Of a stretch of DNA of 64,000 nucleotides, positions 18,682 through 29,355 are shown one piece after another. Positions within the stretch are counted from its first letter, which is position 1. The number at the start of each line of letters is the position of its first letter. The position numbers and the translations under genes are program-made. Below the pieces are notes generated by a model. The model ran no database searches, was not told the origin of the DNA, and saw nothing but the letters and a program-made list of their open reading frames with translations. The DNA is from an uncultured Clostridia bacterium (GTDB lineage: Bacteria > Bacillota > Clostridia > TANB77 > CAG-508), in NCBI GenBank assembly GCA_944392665.1, contig CALXXJ010000001.1:10350-74349 (forward strand), in the 5' to 3' direction.

Positions 18682-18987
18682 TTATTTAAATGATTCTGCT
18701 AGTGTTGTATTAGCTGTTTCTGTATCTTCATATCCAGTAACAACATTTTTCTTTAAAAATTCTACATATTGATTAATTAAATCATAATAATTTTGGAAAT
18801 AATCTGATGCAAATGAATTGATTGCCTCAATTGTAGCTGTAGCTGCTTCTCCTTTCCATACATTTTCCAAATTTGTAATTGCAGTTTGTGCTTCTTTTAA
18901 ATTTGTTTGTAAATCGTCATTTAATTCTGATAATTTGTTTGCTATTTCTAATACTTGTGCTGTATCAATTTTTATTAAATCTGCCAT
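18682..18987 (-). CDS. WXG100 family protein
   Basis: 101 aa, WKG, C-terminal GYEDTE (YxxxD/E-type signal). Confidence 0.85.
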   Translation of the reverse strand: MADLIKIDTAQVLEIANKLSELNDDLQTNLKEAQTAITNLENVWKGEAATATIEAINSFASDYFQNYYDLINQYVEFLKKNVVTGYEDTETANTTLAESFK

Positions 18988-19038
18988 TAAAAATCATTCC
19001 TTTCTTTTAAATTTATATTTTTACTTTTTCTCTATGTA

Positions 19039-19341
19039 TTATTCACTTAAATTTGCTACTTGTGAAATATTATCTGATCTTCTATCATCATAATTTTGTG
19101 CTTGTGAATTTAAAGTATCACTTGATGATCTTAACTTTTCTACCATTTGATTTAATTTTGTTGATAAATTGTTAATTTTTTCTACATATGCTAAATTGTC
19201 GTCTCCTTGCCATGCTTCTCCCATTGTTCCAGCTTGTTGTAACAAGCTTTTGTAAATTTGTTCAAATGAATCTGCATATTCATTAATTTTTGTTGCCGCA
19301 TCTTTTAATTGTTGTGGCTCAACTGTTATAGATTTTCCCAT
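19039..19341 (-). CDS. WXG100 family protein (EsxA-like)
   Basis: 100 aa, ITVEPQQLKDAA, WQG. Confidence 0.88.
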   Translation of the reverse strand: MGKSITVEPQQLKDAATKINEYADSFEQIYKSLLQQAGTMGEAWQGDDNLAYVEKINNLSTKLNQMVEKLRSSSDTLNSQAQNYDDRRSDNISQVANLSE

Positions 19342-19379
19342 ATTTTTTACTCCTCTCTTTTCCGTTAAATTTTACATAA

Positions 19380-19631
19380 TTATATTATCATAATTTTACA
19401 ACCATTGTCAATATTTTCCTCAAATACATGTGCATTTTTGTCATATTCTTTTCCAGTAGAGAAATCACATAAGATGACCTCTCTACCTTTTCTATATTTA
19501 TTATCTGCCAAGTCACTGATTGCACTTGCTAATAATTCTGCTACTTCTGAAATTTTACTTTCTAATGGAATATATGCATCATAGGTAAGATTGGCTGATG
19601 GAACATATACTTCAACTAATACTTTATTCAT
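19380..19631 (-). CDS. esaB: EsaB/YukD ubiquitin-like T7SS protein
   Basis: 83 aa, VEVYVP..YDAYIP, IDNGCKIMII, immediately after essC. Confidence 0.75.
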   Translation of the reverse strand: MNKVLVEVYVPSANLTYDAYIPLESKISEVAELLASAISDLADNKYRKGREVILCDFSTGKEYDKNAHVFEENIDNGCKIMII

Positions 19632-22600
19632 CTAATTGCTCCTCCTCCGTATTTAGTATTTTTATGATTTTTGCATTTCCTTTATCTATTGCAATTGCAA
19701 AATTAAGATCTGTTATATCTTTCTTTAATTCACCTTTGTTATTAGAAACCCTAAATGTATATTGATTTGCAAAACCTCTTCCTATCCACATACCATCTTC
19801 TACTTTTACATGTTCTTTATACCATTTTTTGGCTGTCATAATACTAACTTTCTTTACTTCATCAAAAATAATAAAATGTACGTTATAATTTTTTGAACCT
19901 TTTTCTAGTGCTAATTCTAATTTTTCGACTCTTACAGAATCTTTATTATCCAATAATGTTCTAACAGAATTTATGATAAATACCTTTTTATTAAATTCTT
20001 TGCAATTTCTGTTTTCTTCTATAGCAGTCTTATATTCATTATTTCTTTCTAATATTAATTGATATAATTCATCTATCATTTCTTCTGCTTGCTTTCTTCC
20101 TGTTATGTGTTTGATATCTCCATTCAAATCTTGAATTTCATTATCTTCATCAATAACAGCCAATTCCAAATTTTTGTACTGCTCTTGTATAAGATTAGCA
20201 AAATCTTTTGCAAATTGTAAATAGCTTTTATCTTCTGACAAAATTAAATGAATATAATGTTCTTCCAATTTGTAATAACTCATATTTAATGTGTTTTTTT
20301 CCATTCCAATTGGTATATTTAATTTTTCTGTTATATATGGTTTTAAAATTTCTGTTGTTATCTTTTTAGGTAGTACAGCTATTTTATTTGCTTTATATCC
20401 ACTATATTTGTCTGCTATTTTCTTACTTTCTTCTCTAACAAATTTATATGGATTATTATCCTTTACTAATCTTGCTGTCTGGAATTCATAAATATTTTTA
20501 TCAACTTTAATTAATCCTCTACCTTCAAAATGTTGTGGTAAAAGTCCTCCTGTTTTTCCTAAAATCATGGTATAATTTGCTTCATCATTAAATTGTAGAG
20601 CAATGGTTTGCCCGAAATTTTGAATCATTTTATATTTTATTGCATTTGTTCCTGTAGCTGTAATTACAAAATAGATTCCATATTTTGTTCCCTCTCTTGT
20701 TAAATAATTTAAAGCATCTTCTTTATCTGGATAAATTTCTGTAAAAGTAGCATAATTATTGATTGCTACAATAATATTTGGTACACTTTTTCCACTTTCC
20801 TCAATAAATGTTGTATAAGTTCCACCAAAATCAGAAAATTTCTTTTTTCTATTTTCTAATTCTTTGTATAATGTCTTCATTAAATTGGTTACTTTTTCTG
20901 CATCATATGACAAAATAACATCTCCAATATGTGGTGCTTTTTCAAATGCTTTTAAAGTTTCTGCTTCAAAATCTAATATATATATATTTACTTCTTCTGG
21001 TGTATGTTGTTTAATAATTGAATAAATCATTGTTGTTAATAGCATTGCTTTTCCACTACCTTGTGAACCATATATTAATGTATTTCCTTTTTGTGAAATT
21101 GGAATTCTTAAATAATTTTGTTTTTGATGTACTGGGTCATCATATTCCCCTATAATTGGTTTTATATTATATTTTTCCTCTGTTGTGAAATATTTATCTT
21201 CTACCTCTTGCAATAATATATCTTCTCTAATTGGTGGTAACCAAATTGGTTTTGCTTTTATATGTTCTTTGGATGCAATATCGCTTAAATATTGGGTAAT
21301 AGCATCCAATTGTTTTGGTGCTTTTCCAGAATAATTTCTATTTTTATTCAATTTTACTTCTTTTAATACTCTAGCATTATTATCAATTACAACTACACTA
21401 TCATCTTTTTCTTTCACATATTTATCTTGTGGGTAATATGGTGCACCAGACCAAGCAGATTGTCCTAATTCAAACAATTCATTATATCCTACTTGTAAAT
21501 AAAATCTTCCTGTTTCTTTAAGCATTGCCGCATCTGGTCGTTTCAACATATCCATACTATCAGCTTTTTCTTGAACTTTTAGACAAATTCTAAATTTAGA
21601 ATTACTCCAAATTTGGTCATCAACTACTCCGTTTGGTTTCTGGGTTGCCAAGATTAAATGGATTCCTAAACTTCTTCCTATTCTTGCTGTACTAACCAAT
21701 TCTTTCATAAATTCAGGCTGCTGATTTTTTAATTCTGCAAACTCATCTGAAATGATAAATAAATGTGGTAGAGGTTCTGTTACTTGATTTTCTCTATATA
21801 ATCTTTGATATTTGTAAATATCAATATTACTAACACCTATTTTCTTACTTGTTGCATCAAATATAGCTTGTCTTCTCTTCAATTCACTATTAATAGAAAT
21901 TAATGCTCTATTAATAGAAGCACCATCTAAATTTGTAATTATTCCAGCCACATGTGGTAAATGCTCAAATGATTTTGCCATTCCTCCACCTTTATAATCT
22001 ATTAATATAAAGGCAACTTCGTTTGGATGATAGTTTACAGCTAATGATAATATATATGTAATAATAAATTCAGATTTACCACTTCCAGTCATTCCAGCTA
22101 CTAATCCATGAGGTCCGTGAAATTTTTCATGTAAATCTAATTTGAATAATTCTCCATATGTATCAATTCCAATTGGTGTTGCCAAACTTTTTGTAGGGTC
22201 ATTTTCTTCCCAGCGATTAATTACATTTAAATGTTCTATTTTTCCTACTTGGAACATTTGCAAAAAGTTTATCATGTTTGGTAATTTAAATCCACTTTCC
22301 AACGTATTTAATGGAATGTTAGCTAATTTTTTACTTAGTTTATTTGGATCTGCTGTTAAATATATATCTGGCTTAAATGGTATATAATTTCCTGATATAT
22401 CGTTTTTATCATATATTTTGGCTTCTTTTTCATGTACCTCTACAACTGCTGAACATTCTTTAGGTAGTTCTTGTAAGTCTTTTACAAAGTTGATGACACT
22501 AATATTTAAATTTTTCTTTTTACTATATATTTGATTAAGCATTTCAGACTTTAATGCTAAATCTTTATCTAGTGCAAATATAACATAATAAGGTAAAATT

Positions 22601-24216
22601 TCTTCTTTTTCTGAATCATTCATTTGTATACGATTCATAATTTCGGTATCCAAGTAATAAGATATTTCTTTTACTTCTTCTAAATTTGTAGCTATAAATC
22701 TAAATTTTTTATCATTGCTGAATGTGTGTGGTAACCATTTTACAAATTGAAAATCATCTTTTTCTTTTTGATTATATAAAAATATCATTTTAACTTCATC
22801 ATAACTATATAATGCTGCTAATTGGAAAATTAAGCCTTTTGCTAGTTCTATAACCTGTTTTCTATCCCCAATCACACCAGAAATATATTCTTCAAACAAA
22901 GATATCGTAATTGGTACATTGTCTAGAATCTTTGGTTTTTCACATATTTCATACATATTTTCTAATAATCGATCTTCTTTAAGTGAAAATTTACGTTCAA
23001 CATATTTTATTTCAGCATCTAATGGCAAATTTCCTATTCCTAATCTAAGTTTTAGAAAATCATTTTGCCATAAACCTCTTTCCCATAAAGTTCTTCTTTT
23101 CTTTAAAATTCTATCCTCACATTCATCTATTGTTGCAAAATTTTCTTTTAAAATCCTCTTCTGTTTTTCTTCTTCTTCTTTGATTTCATTTTCTATATCT
23201 GTTAAATATTGCGTATATTTTGTTAGTCGCAGTTTTTCTATTTTTTTTCGCATTCTTCTTTCATATAATCTTGTCATTAATGGCCATAATAAAGTTCCTA
23301 AGAGCATACTAACTGACATAACAATTGATGGCATATATGATTGAAAATTTTTAGAATTTACTGCATTATTAATAGTAAATGCAGCTGTTGTTAAAGAAGC
23401 TAATCCCATCGTAACAGATGGACCTATCGTCAATGCCATTGGTAATCGTTGATTATCTGCATTTTCTGGAGGTTCATCTATTTTAAACATAGCAGTTTTT
23501 ATATCTCTTTTAAATCTAGGTGAACGATAAAAATATTCCTTTTTTATATCTTCTTCATCAAAATCATCCTCTTCATCATCCATATCATTTTTTTCTTTGA
23601 AAGGTAACACTTCAGGTTCCCTTTCAAAGATTCCATCCTTGATTGTTACTAAATTATCTGGATTATTAATCATAACAAAATCATAAAATACAATAATCTT
23701 TAATCCCATAATATAGATGACATCACCAAATTCTAAATCTTTTGCTTTTTCTTTTCTTCCATTAATAAAAACACCATTTGTACTTTGATTATCTTTAATA
23801 ATCCAATATTTATTTCTATAGATTAATATAGCATGTGAAGAAGATACAAAATTGTTTTTAAAGCAAATTTCATTTGTCTCATTTCTACCAATTGATATTT
23901 CAATATCTTTATCTATTTTTAATTTTGTATATGTTTGTCTATCTTCTGTTAATTTTTCTGTAAATATAGAGGCAAATTCTTCTCCAATTTTAACGGTATA
24001 CATATCATTTTCTTTTAGTTCTACTTCTCTTATTTTTTCTTTATTTTCATTTAGTATTTGTGCTTTTCTATTGGATGTCATTATCCATTTATTGTCGAGT
24101 CCTTCAATACTGATGAGTTGTTTTTTTTCCTCTACCTCAATCCAAAATTGTCCTTCTATTTTTTCTGGTAACGTTAAAGTATTTATTATATCTTTATATA
24201 TTAATGTTACTATCAT
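19624..24216 (-). CDS. essC: T7SS FtsK/SpoIIIE ATPase EssC/YukB with N-terminal FHA domain
   Basis: FHA motifs, two TM helices, GPHGLVAGMTGSGKSE, IISDEFAELK, GRSLGIHLILATQKP, second Walker A GSQGSGK, degenerate third domain. Confidence 0.95.
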   Translation of the reverse strand: MIVTLIYKDIINTLTLPEKIEGQFWIEVEEKKQLISIEGLDNKWIMTSNRKAQILNENKEKIREVELKENDMYTVKIGEEFASIFTEKLTEDRQTYTKLKIDKDIEISIGRNETNEICFKNNFVSSSHAILIYRNKYWIIKDNQSTNGVFINGRKEKAKDLEFGDVIYIMGLKIIVFYDFVMINNPDNLVTIKDGIFEREPEVLPFKEKNDMDDEEDDFDEEDIKKEYFYRSPRFKRDIKTAMFKIDEPPENADNQRLPMALTIGPSVTMGLASLTTAAFTINNAVNSKNFQSYMPSIVMSVSMLLGTLLWPLMTRLYERRMRKKIEKLRLTKYTQYLTDIENEIKEEEEKQKRILKENFATIDECEDRILKKRRTLWERGLWQNDFLKLRLGIGNLPLDAEIKYVERKFSLKEDRLLENMYEICEKPKILDNVPITISLFEEYISGVIGDRKQVIELAKGLIFQLAALYSYDEVKMIFLYNQKEKDDFQFVKWLPHTFSNDKKFRFIATNLEEVKEISYYLDTEIMNRIQMNDSEKEEILPYYVIFALDKDLALKSEMLNQIYSKKKNLNISVINFVKDLQELPKECSAVVEVHEKEAKIYDKNDISGNYIPFKPDIYLTADPNKLSKKLANIPLNTLESGFKLPNMINFLQMFQVGKIEHLNVINRWEENDPTKSLATPIGIDTYGELFKLDLHEKFHGPHGLVAGMTGSGKSEFIITYILSLAVNYHPNEVAFILIDYKGGGMAKSFEHLPHVAGIITNLDGASINRALISINSELKRRQAIFDATSKKIGVSNIDIYKYQRLYRENQVTEPLPHLFIISDEFAELKNQQPEFMKELVSTARIGRSLGIHLILATQKPNGVVDDQIWSNSKFRICLKVQEKADSMDMLKRPDAAMLKETGRFYLQVGYNELFELGQSAWSGAPYYPQDKYVKEKDDSVVVIDNNARVLKEVKLNKNRNYSGKAPKQLDAITQYLSDIASKEHIKAKPIWLPPIREDILLQEVEDKYFTTEEKYNIKPIIGEYDDPVHQKQNYLRIPISQKGNTLIYGSQGSGKAMLLTTMIYSIIKQHTPEEVNIYILDFEAETLKAFEKAPHIGDVILSYDAEKVTNLMKTLYKELENRKKKFSDFGGTYTTFIEESGKSVPNIIVAINNYATFTEIYPDKEDALNYLTREGTKYGIYFVITATGTNAIKYKMIQNFGQTIALQFNDEANYTMILGKTGGLLPQHFEGRGLIKVDKNIYEFQTARLVKDNNPYKFVREESKKIADKYSGYKANKIAVLPKKITTEILKPYITEKLNIPIGMEKNTLNMSYYKLEEHYIHLILSEDKSYLQFAKDFANLIQEQYKNLELAVIDEDNEIQDLNGDIKHITGRKQAEEMIDELYQLILERNNEYKTAIEENRNCKEFNKKVFIINSVRTLLDNKDSVRVEKLELALEKGSKNYNVHFIIFDEVKKVSIMTAKKWYKEHVKVEDGMWIGRGFANQYTFRVSNNKGELKKDITDLNFAIAIDKGNAKIIKILNTEEEQLDE

Positions 24217-24225
24217 TTTTTCCTC

Positions 24226-26796
24226 CTATCGTTCAATCATATGATCTAATATATATACTGCATCTAATGAATTTAGTGCTCCATCACTATTGACATCTCC
24301 TCTCAACATTCGTTCTTCTGTCAACTCTGCATTGCTCATATACCACTTTAGTATCATATCTGAATCTGCACTGGTAATTTTTCCATCTGCATTAACATCA
24401 CCTTTTATGTATACAGTAACAGGATAACTCGTCTGTATATTCGTTCCTTCAATTGTCACAGTAATATTTGTAGTTCCAGAACTTACTGCCACAAAATATC
24501 CATCTTGAGCAATTCTTCCTGCTGATGGATTACTACTTGACCATTTTAAACCAGATATTTGTGCATTGGCAGGATTCACATTTGCTGAAAAATAATAAGA
24601 ACTGCCTTTTCGTACATATCTCGCTTTATTACCCATTGTAATTGAAGTTGGAGATATCACTGTTGGAGCTTGTGGTGTTTGTGGTGTTGATTGCGCTGAT
24701 TGTGTTGTTCCTGTAGTTGTTGATGTTGTTGGCTTTTCATTGGTTGTCTCTTTGTTTGTCGTTGTTGTATTTTTCTTTTGTTGTTCTTCTTCGTCGTCTT
24801 CTTCTTTTCCTAAACTTACTAATAATTCGATAACAGAATTTTTATTTACTTCTTCTCCTTCTGGTGTCATTTGGCTTATGATATTTCCTTGTTCTACATC
24901 ATCACTATTTTGTTCTGTCACATTTACTTGTAATCCTAGTTCAGCTAATTTTTGTGTTGCTTCTTCTATATTCATTCCTACGACATTTATCATTGTTACT
25001 TTTTCTTTTGATACTGCTACCTTTATCGTAATACTACTTCCTTTGGATACTTCTTGATTTTCTTCTATTGATTGTTCTAAGACTTTTCCCACTTGAGTTT
25101 CATCATCAACTTCTACATATTCATATTGCACTTCTAATCCCAATTCATTAATTTTTTGTGTTGCTTCTTCACTTGTTAATCCAACTAATTGTACCATTTT
25201 TACATATTCTATTTGTGCTACTTCTTCTGATTTATTTAATTGTGAAATACCTACAATCCCTAATGCAAGTATAATAATTGCTATAAAAACAATTATTTTA
25301 ATTCTATGTTTTTTTAATTTTATCCAGATTGGATTTTTTATTTTTTCTTCTTTTTTTACATTTTCTTTTTCTTTATTACTTTTTACTTTTTTCTTTTGGT
25401 TTTCTTGTTCCTCTTTATTCTGTTTTATTTTCTTCTCTTTTTTATTTTTCTTTTTATCTTGTTTTGCATTTTCCTTTTGTTCTGCTACTGGTTCTTGTTC
25501 TATTGCTTCTTCATTTTTTGTAGCCTTTCCTGTTTGTTCTACTGTTTCTTCTGTTTTTAAGTTTTCTTCTGATTGTTCTCCTATTTCTAGAACTTTCTCC
25601 TGCTCAACTGGTTCTATAATATTTTCTATTTTCTCTGTTACTGATTCTTTCTTATTTTGTTCTTCTATTTCTTGAAGTATCTGTTCAGTTTCTTTTGGAT
25701 TTTCAAGACCGATTCCTACTGTCATATCTAATGCTTCTTTTGGTTGTGTATCTTCAAATACACTTAATGTTCCACTATGGCTATCTGATTTTGTATTTTC
25801 CAAAAATATTTTATTCATTTGTTTCTCATTAAAATCAAACAATATTCTTAGTTTCTTTATTTTATTATATTCTTCTTGTAACGCTTCTTTTAGTTCTGTT
25901 GCATTTGCATACCTATCTTTTGGATAATAACTACATGCTTTTAATATAATTTCTGCAATTTCTCTTGGCGCATTCTTAGGGCTTTTTAATTTTTCTCCTG
26001 ATATTCTTTTATATAAAGCTTCTTCTCTTGCATCCACCGTAATTTTTTCTGGGTAATCTGGAAGGAATGGCAATCTATTATAGTTGAAATATCTATATAA
26101 CATAATTCCTAGAGAATAAATATCAACTGTTTTATTTCCTTTTTCATTTTTGTATAACTCTGGTGCCATATAGTTTTCTGTTCCTTTCTTAGACATGTTG
26201 GATACAGTGCTTTCAATATGTTTCGCTATTCCAAAATCGCCTACTTTATACACACCTTTGCCATTCACAAAAATATTATCTGGTTTTATATCTCTATGAA
26301 TGACATCTTTTGCTTCGCAATCTTCTAATGCTGTTGCTACATCAATTGCCATTTTTAACATTTCTTTATCTGTGATATTTTTTTCAAGTACATAGGCATC
26401 TATATTTTTTAATAGTTCCATTTTAATATTAATTATCCAACCAATTTCATTTTTCTTCTTGATAATTTCATAATCTTCTATAGTAACTATATTTTCACTA
26501 TCTTTAAATATAGACATAAATTTTACTTCTTCTACCCATTTTTGCACAGATTTTTCAAAGTAACTTGTGATATCACCTTGTGTCATTCCCTCTGTCTTTA
26601 ATGTCTGGATTTCTGCTTTTGTTTGCGGTATTTCTATTTGTTTGATTGCTGAATAAGTAGAAATTCCAAATTCCTCTTTTTTAGCTTTATATACCTTTCC
26701 ATAAGAACCTTCCCCTATTAATTCTACTTCTTTCCATGTATCATTAAAAAATGTATGCTTTTCCTGTATCTGTTGTTTCTTTTTCTTTCCTAACAT
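24226..26796 (-). CDS. Transmembrane Ser/Thr kinase with 2 PASTA, Ig-like (Big_2) and dockerin domains
   Basis: GEGSYG, HRDIKPDN, DFG, YMAPE; VGLT/VGMN PASTA repeats; WSSSNPS Ig motif; GDVNADGKITSAD...GDVNSDGALNSLD. Confidence 0.9.
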   Translation of the reverse strand: MLGKKKKQQIQEKHTFFNDTWKEVELIGEGSYGKVYKAKKEEFGISTYSAIKQIEIPQTKAEIQTLKTEGMTQGDITSYFEKSVQKWVEEVKFMSIFKDSENIVTIEDYEIIKKKNEIGWIINIKMELLKNIDAYVLEKNITDKEMLKMAIDVATALEDCEAKDVIHRDIKPDNIFVNGKGVYKVGDFGIAKHIESTVSNMSKKGTENYMAPELYKNEKGNKTVDIYSLGIMLYRYFNYNRLPFLPDYPEKITVDAREEALYKRISGEKLKSPKNAPREIAEIILKACSYYPKDRYANATELKEALQEEYNKIKKLRILFDFNEKQMNKIFLENTKSDSHSGTLSVFEDTQPKEALDMTVGIGLENPKETEQILQEIEEQNKKESVTEKIENIIEPVEQEKVLEIGEQSEENLKTEETVEQTGKATKNEEAIEQEPVAEQKENAKQDKKKNKKEKKIKQNKEEQENQKKKVKSNKEKENVKKEEKIKNPIWIKLKKHRIKIIVFIAIIILALGIVGISQLNKSEEVAQIEYVKMVQLVGLTSEEATQKINELGLEVQYEYVEVDDETQVGKVLEQSIEENQEVSKGSSITIKVAVSKEKVTMINVVGMNIEEATQKLAELGLQVNVTEQNSDDVEQGNIISQMTPEGEEVNKNSVIELLVSLGKEEDDEEEQQKKNTTTTNKETTNEKPTTSTTTGTTQSAQSTPQTPQAPTVISPTSITMGNKARYVRKGSSYYFSANVNPANAQISGLKWSSSNPSAGRIAQDGYFVAVSSGTTNITVTIEGTNIQTSYPVTVYIKGDVNADGKITSADSDMILKWYMSNAELTEERMLRGDVNSDGALNSLDAVYILDHMIER
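24848..25357. repeat. ~510-bp near-identical direct repeat shared with ~27502-28010 (TM plus PASTA region of kinases 1 and 2)
   Basis: Translations identical over ~165 aa except one residue (GNIISQ vs GIIISQ); boundaries approximate. Confidence 0.85.
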
Positions 26797-26843
26797 CTCT
26801 TTTCCTTTCCTTTACTATATCAACCAACAATTTTCTTTTTATT

Positions 26844-29342
26844 TTATCCATATCTAAGCTTATCCATTAATAATGCTGCATCATTTGCATTGATTGCTCC
26901 ATTTCCATCCATATCTGCTCTATTCTTTAAATCTTCTGTTAGTTCAACATCATACTTATACATATTTAAAATATAATCAGAATCTTGATAACTGATAACC
27001 CCATCATTATTAGCATCACCCTTACCCAATGATGTCGTAACAGTTAATGTGAACGAATCTGTTATATTTGTATTTTTGATTGTTACTGTTATTGTAGTTG
27101 TTCCAGTTGATTTAGCTGTTATTACACCACTTTGATTGATTGTTGCAACACTTGTATTACTACTAGACCAAACTAAAGTCTTATCTGTTACATTTGTTAC
27201 TTTCATTTCTGCTGACGTTTGAGCTGTTCTTGTCTTATTGATATTTATGTATCTTACAATTTTTGCTGATATTCTTCCTGACGGTGTTGCTTGTACTGGC
27301 TGTTCTACTGGTTGTTCCTCTGGTTGTTGTGTTGTCTCCGGTATAATAGTTTGCGTTGATGTTTCCGTTTGTGTTGGCACTGTTTCTACTGATGCCGGCG
27401 TGCTTTGCTCATTTAGTTTATCCTGAGTACTTTTTGAATCCTCTTCCTCTTCTTTCTCTTTTCCTATACTAATTAACAACTCTACTGTTGTACCTATATT
27501 CACTTCTTCTCCTTCTGGAGTCATTTGACTTATGATGATTCCTTGTTCTACATCATCACTATTTTGTTCTGTCACATTTACTTGTAATCCTAGTTCAGCT
27601 AATTTTTGTGTTGCTTCTTCTATATTCATTCCTACGACATTTATCATTGTTACTTTTTCTTTTGATACTGCTACCTTTATCGTAATACTACTTCCTTTGG
27701 ATACTTCTTGATTTTCTTCTATTGATTGTTCTAAGACTTTTCCCACTTGAGTTTCATCATCAACTTCTACATATTCATATTGCACTTCTAATCCCAATTC
27801 ATTAATTTTTTGTGTTGCTTCTTCACTTGTTAATCCAACTAATTGTACCATTTTTACATATTCTATTTGTGCTACTTCTTCTGATTTATTTAATTGTGAA
27901 ATACCTACAATCCCTAATGCAAGTATAATAATTGCTATAAAAACAATTATTTTAATTCTATGTTTTTTTAATTTTATCCAGATTGGATTTTTTATTTTTT
28001 CTTCTTTTTTTGCATTTTCCTTTTGTTCTACTGCTGGTTCTTTTTCTATTGCTTCTTCATTTTTTGTATCCTCTCCTGTTTTTTCTACTGTTTCTTCTGT
28101 TTTTAAGTTTTCTTCTGCTTGTTCTCCTGTTTCTAAATCTTTCTCCTGTTCAACTGGTTTTATAATATTTTCTATTTTCTCTGTTACTGATTCTTTCTTA
28201 TTTTGTTCTTCTATTGCTTGAAGTATTTGTTCAGTTTCTTTTGGATTTTCAAGACCGATTCCTACTGTCATATCTAATGCTTCTTTTTGTTGTGTATCTT
28301 CAAATACACTTAATGTTCCACTATGGCTATCTGATTTTGTATTTTCCAAAAATATTTTATTCATTTGTTTCTCATTAAAATCAAACAATATTCTTGGTTT
28401 CTTTATTTTATTATATTCTTCTCGTAAAGCTTCTTTTAGTTCCGTGGCATTTGCATACCTATCTTTTGGATAATAACCGCATGACTTTAAAATAATTTCA
28501 GCAATTTCTCTAGAAGCATTTTGTGGAACTGGCATTTTTTCACCAGATATTCTTTTATATAAAGCTTCTTCTCTATCCTCCATTGTTATCTCTTCTGGAT
28601 AATTGGGTAAAAATGGTAATCGGTTATAATTGAAATATCTATATAACATAACACCTAGAGAGTAAATATCAACTGTTTTATTTCCTTTTTCATTTTTGTA
28701 TAACTCTGGTGCCATATAGTTTTCTGTTCCTTTTTTAGACATATTTGATACTGTATTGTCAATATGTTTTGCTATTCCAAAATCTCCTACTTTATAAATA
28801 CCTTTACTATTTACGAAAATATTGTCAGGCTTTATATCTCTATGTATGACATTATTTTCTTCGCAATCTTCTAATGCTGTTGCTACATCAATTGCCATTT
28901 TTAATATTTCTCTATCTGTTAGATTATGTTCTAAAATATATAAATCTAGATTTTGCAATAATTCCATTCTGATATTGATTATCCAACCAATCTCTTTCTT
29001 TTTCTTTAAAATTTCATAATCTTCTATATCAACTATATTTTCACTATCTTTAAATATGGACATAAATTTAATTTCATCTATCCATTTTTGTACTGATTTC
29101 TCATAATATCTTGTAATTCCATCTTGTGTCATTCCTTCTGTTTTTAATGTTTGAATTTCTAATTTTGTTTGTGGTATTTCTATTTGTTTAATAGCTGAAT
29201 AAGTTGTAATTCCAAATTCTTCTTTTTTAGCTTTATATACCTTTCCATAAGAACCTTCACCAATTAATTCTACTTCTTTCCATTGTTCATTAAAAAATGT
29301 ATGTTTTTCCTGTATCTGTTGCTTCTTTTTCTTTCCTAACAT
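26844..29342 (-). CDS. Transmembrane Ser/Thr kinase with 2 PASTA, Ig-like and dockerin domains
   Basis: Same kinase motifs; WSSSNTSVATI; GDANNDGVISYQD...ADMDGNGAINAND. Confidence 0.9.
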   Translation of the reverse strand: MLGKKKKQQIQEKHTFFNEQWKEVELIGEGSYGKVYKAKKEEFGITTYSAIKQIEIPQTKLEIQTLKTEGMTQDGITRYYEKSVQKWIDEIKFMSIFKDSENIVDIEDYEILKKKKEIGWIINIRMELLQNLDLYILEHNLTDREILKMAIDVATALEDCEENNVIHRDIKPDNIFVNSKGIYKVGDFGIAKHIDNTVSNMSKKGTENYMAPELYKNEKGNKTVDIYSLGVMLYRYFNYNRLPFLPNYPEEITMEDREEALYKRISGEKMPVPQNASREIAEIILKSCGYYPKDRYANATELKEALREEYNKIKKPRILFDFNEKQMNKIFLENTKSDSHSGTLSVFEDTQQKEALDMTVGIGLENPKETEQILQAIEEQNKKESVTEKIENIIKPVEQEKDLETGEQAEENLKTEETVEKTGEDTKNEEAIEKEPAVEQKENAKKEEKIKNPIWIKLKKHRIKIIVFIAIIILALGIVGISQLNKSEEVAQIEYVKMVQLVGLTSEEATQKINELGLEVQYEYVEVDDETQVGKVLEQSIEENQEVSKGSSITIKVAVSKEKVTMINVVGMNIEEATQKLAELGLQVNVTEQNSDDVEQGIIISQMTPEGEEVNIGTTVELLISIGKEKEEEEDSKSTQDKLNEQSTPASVETVPTQTETSTQTIIPETTQQPEEQPVEQPVQATPSGRISAKIVRYININKTRTAQTSAEMKVTNVTDKTLVWSSSNTSVATINQSGVITAKSTGTTTITVTIKNTNITDSFTLTVTTSLGKGDANNDGVISYQDSDYILNMYKYDVELTEDLKNRADMDGNGAINANDAALLMDKLRYG

Positions 29343-29355
29343 TTTATTTCCCTTT

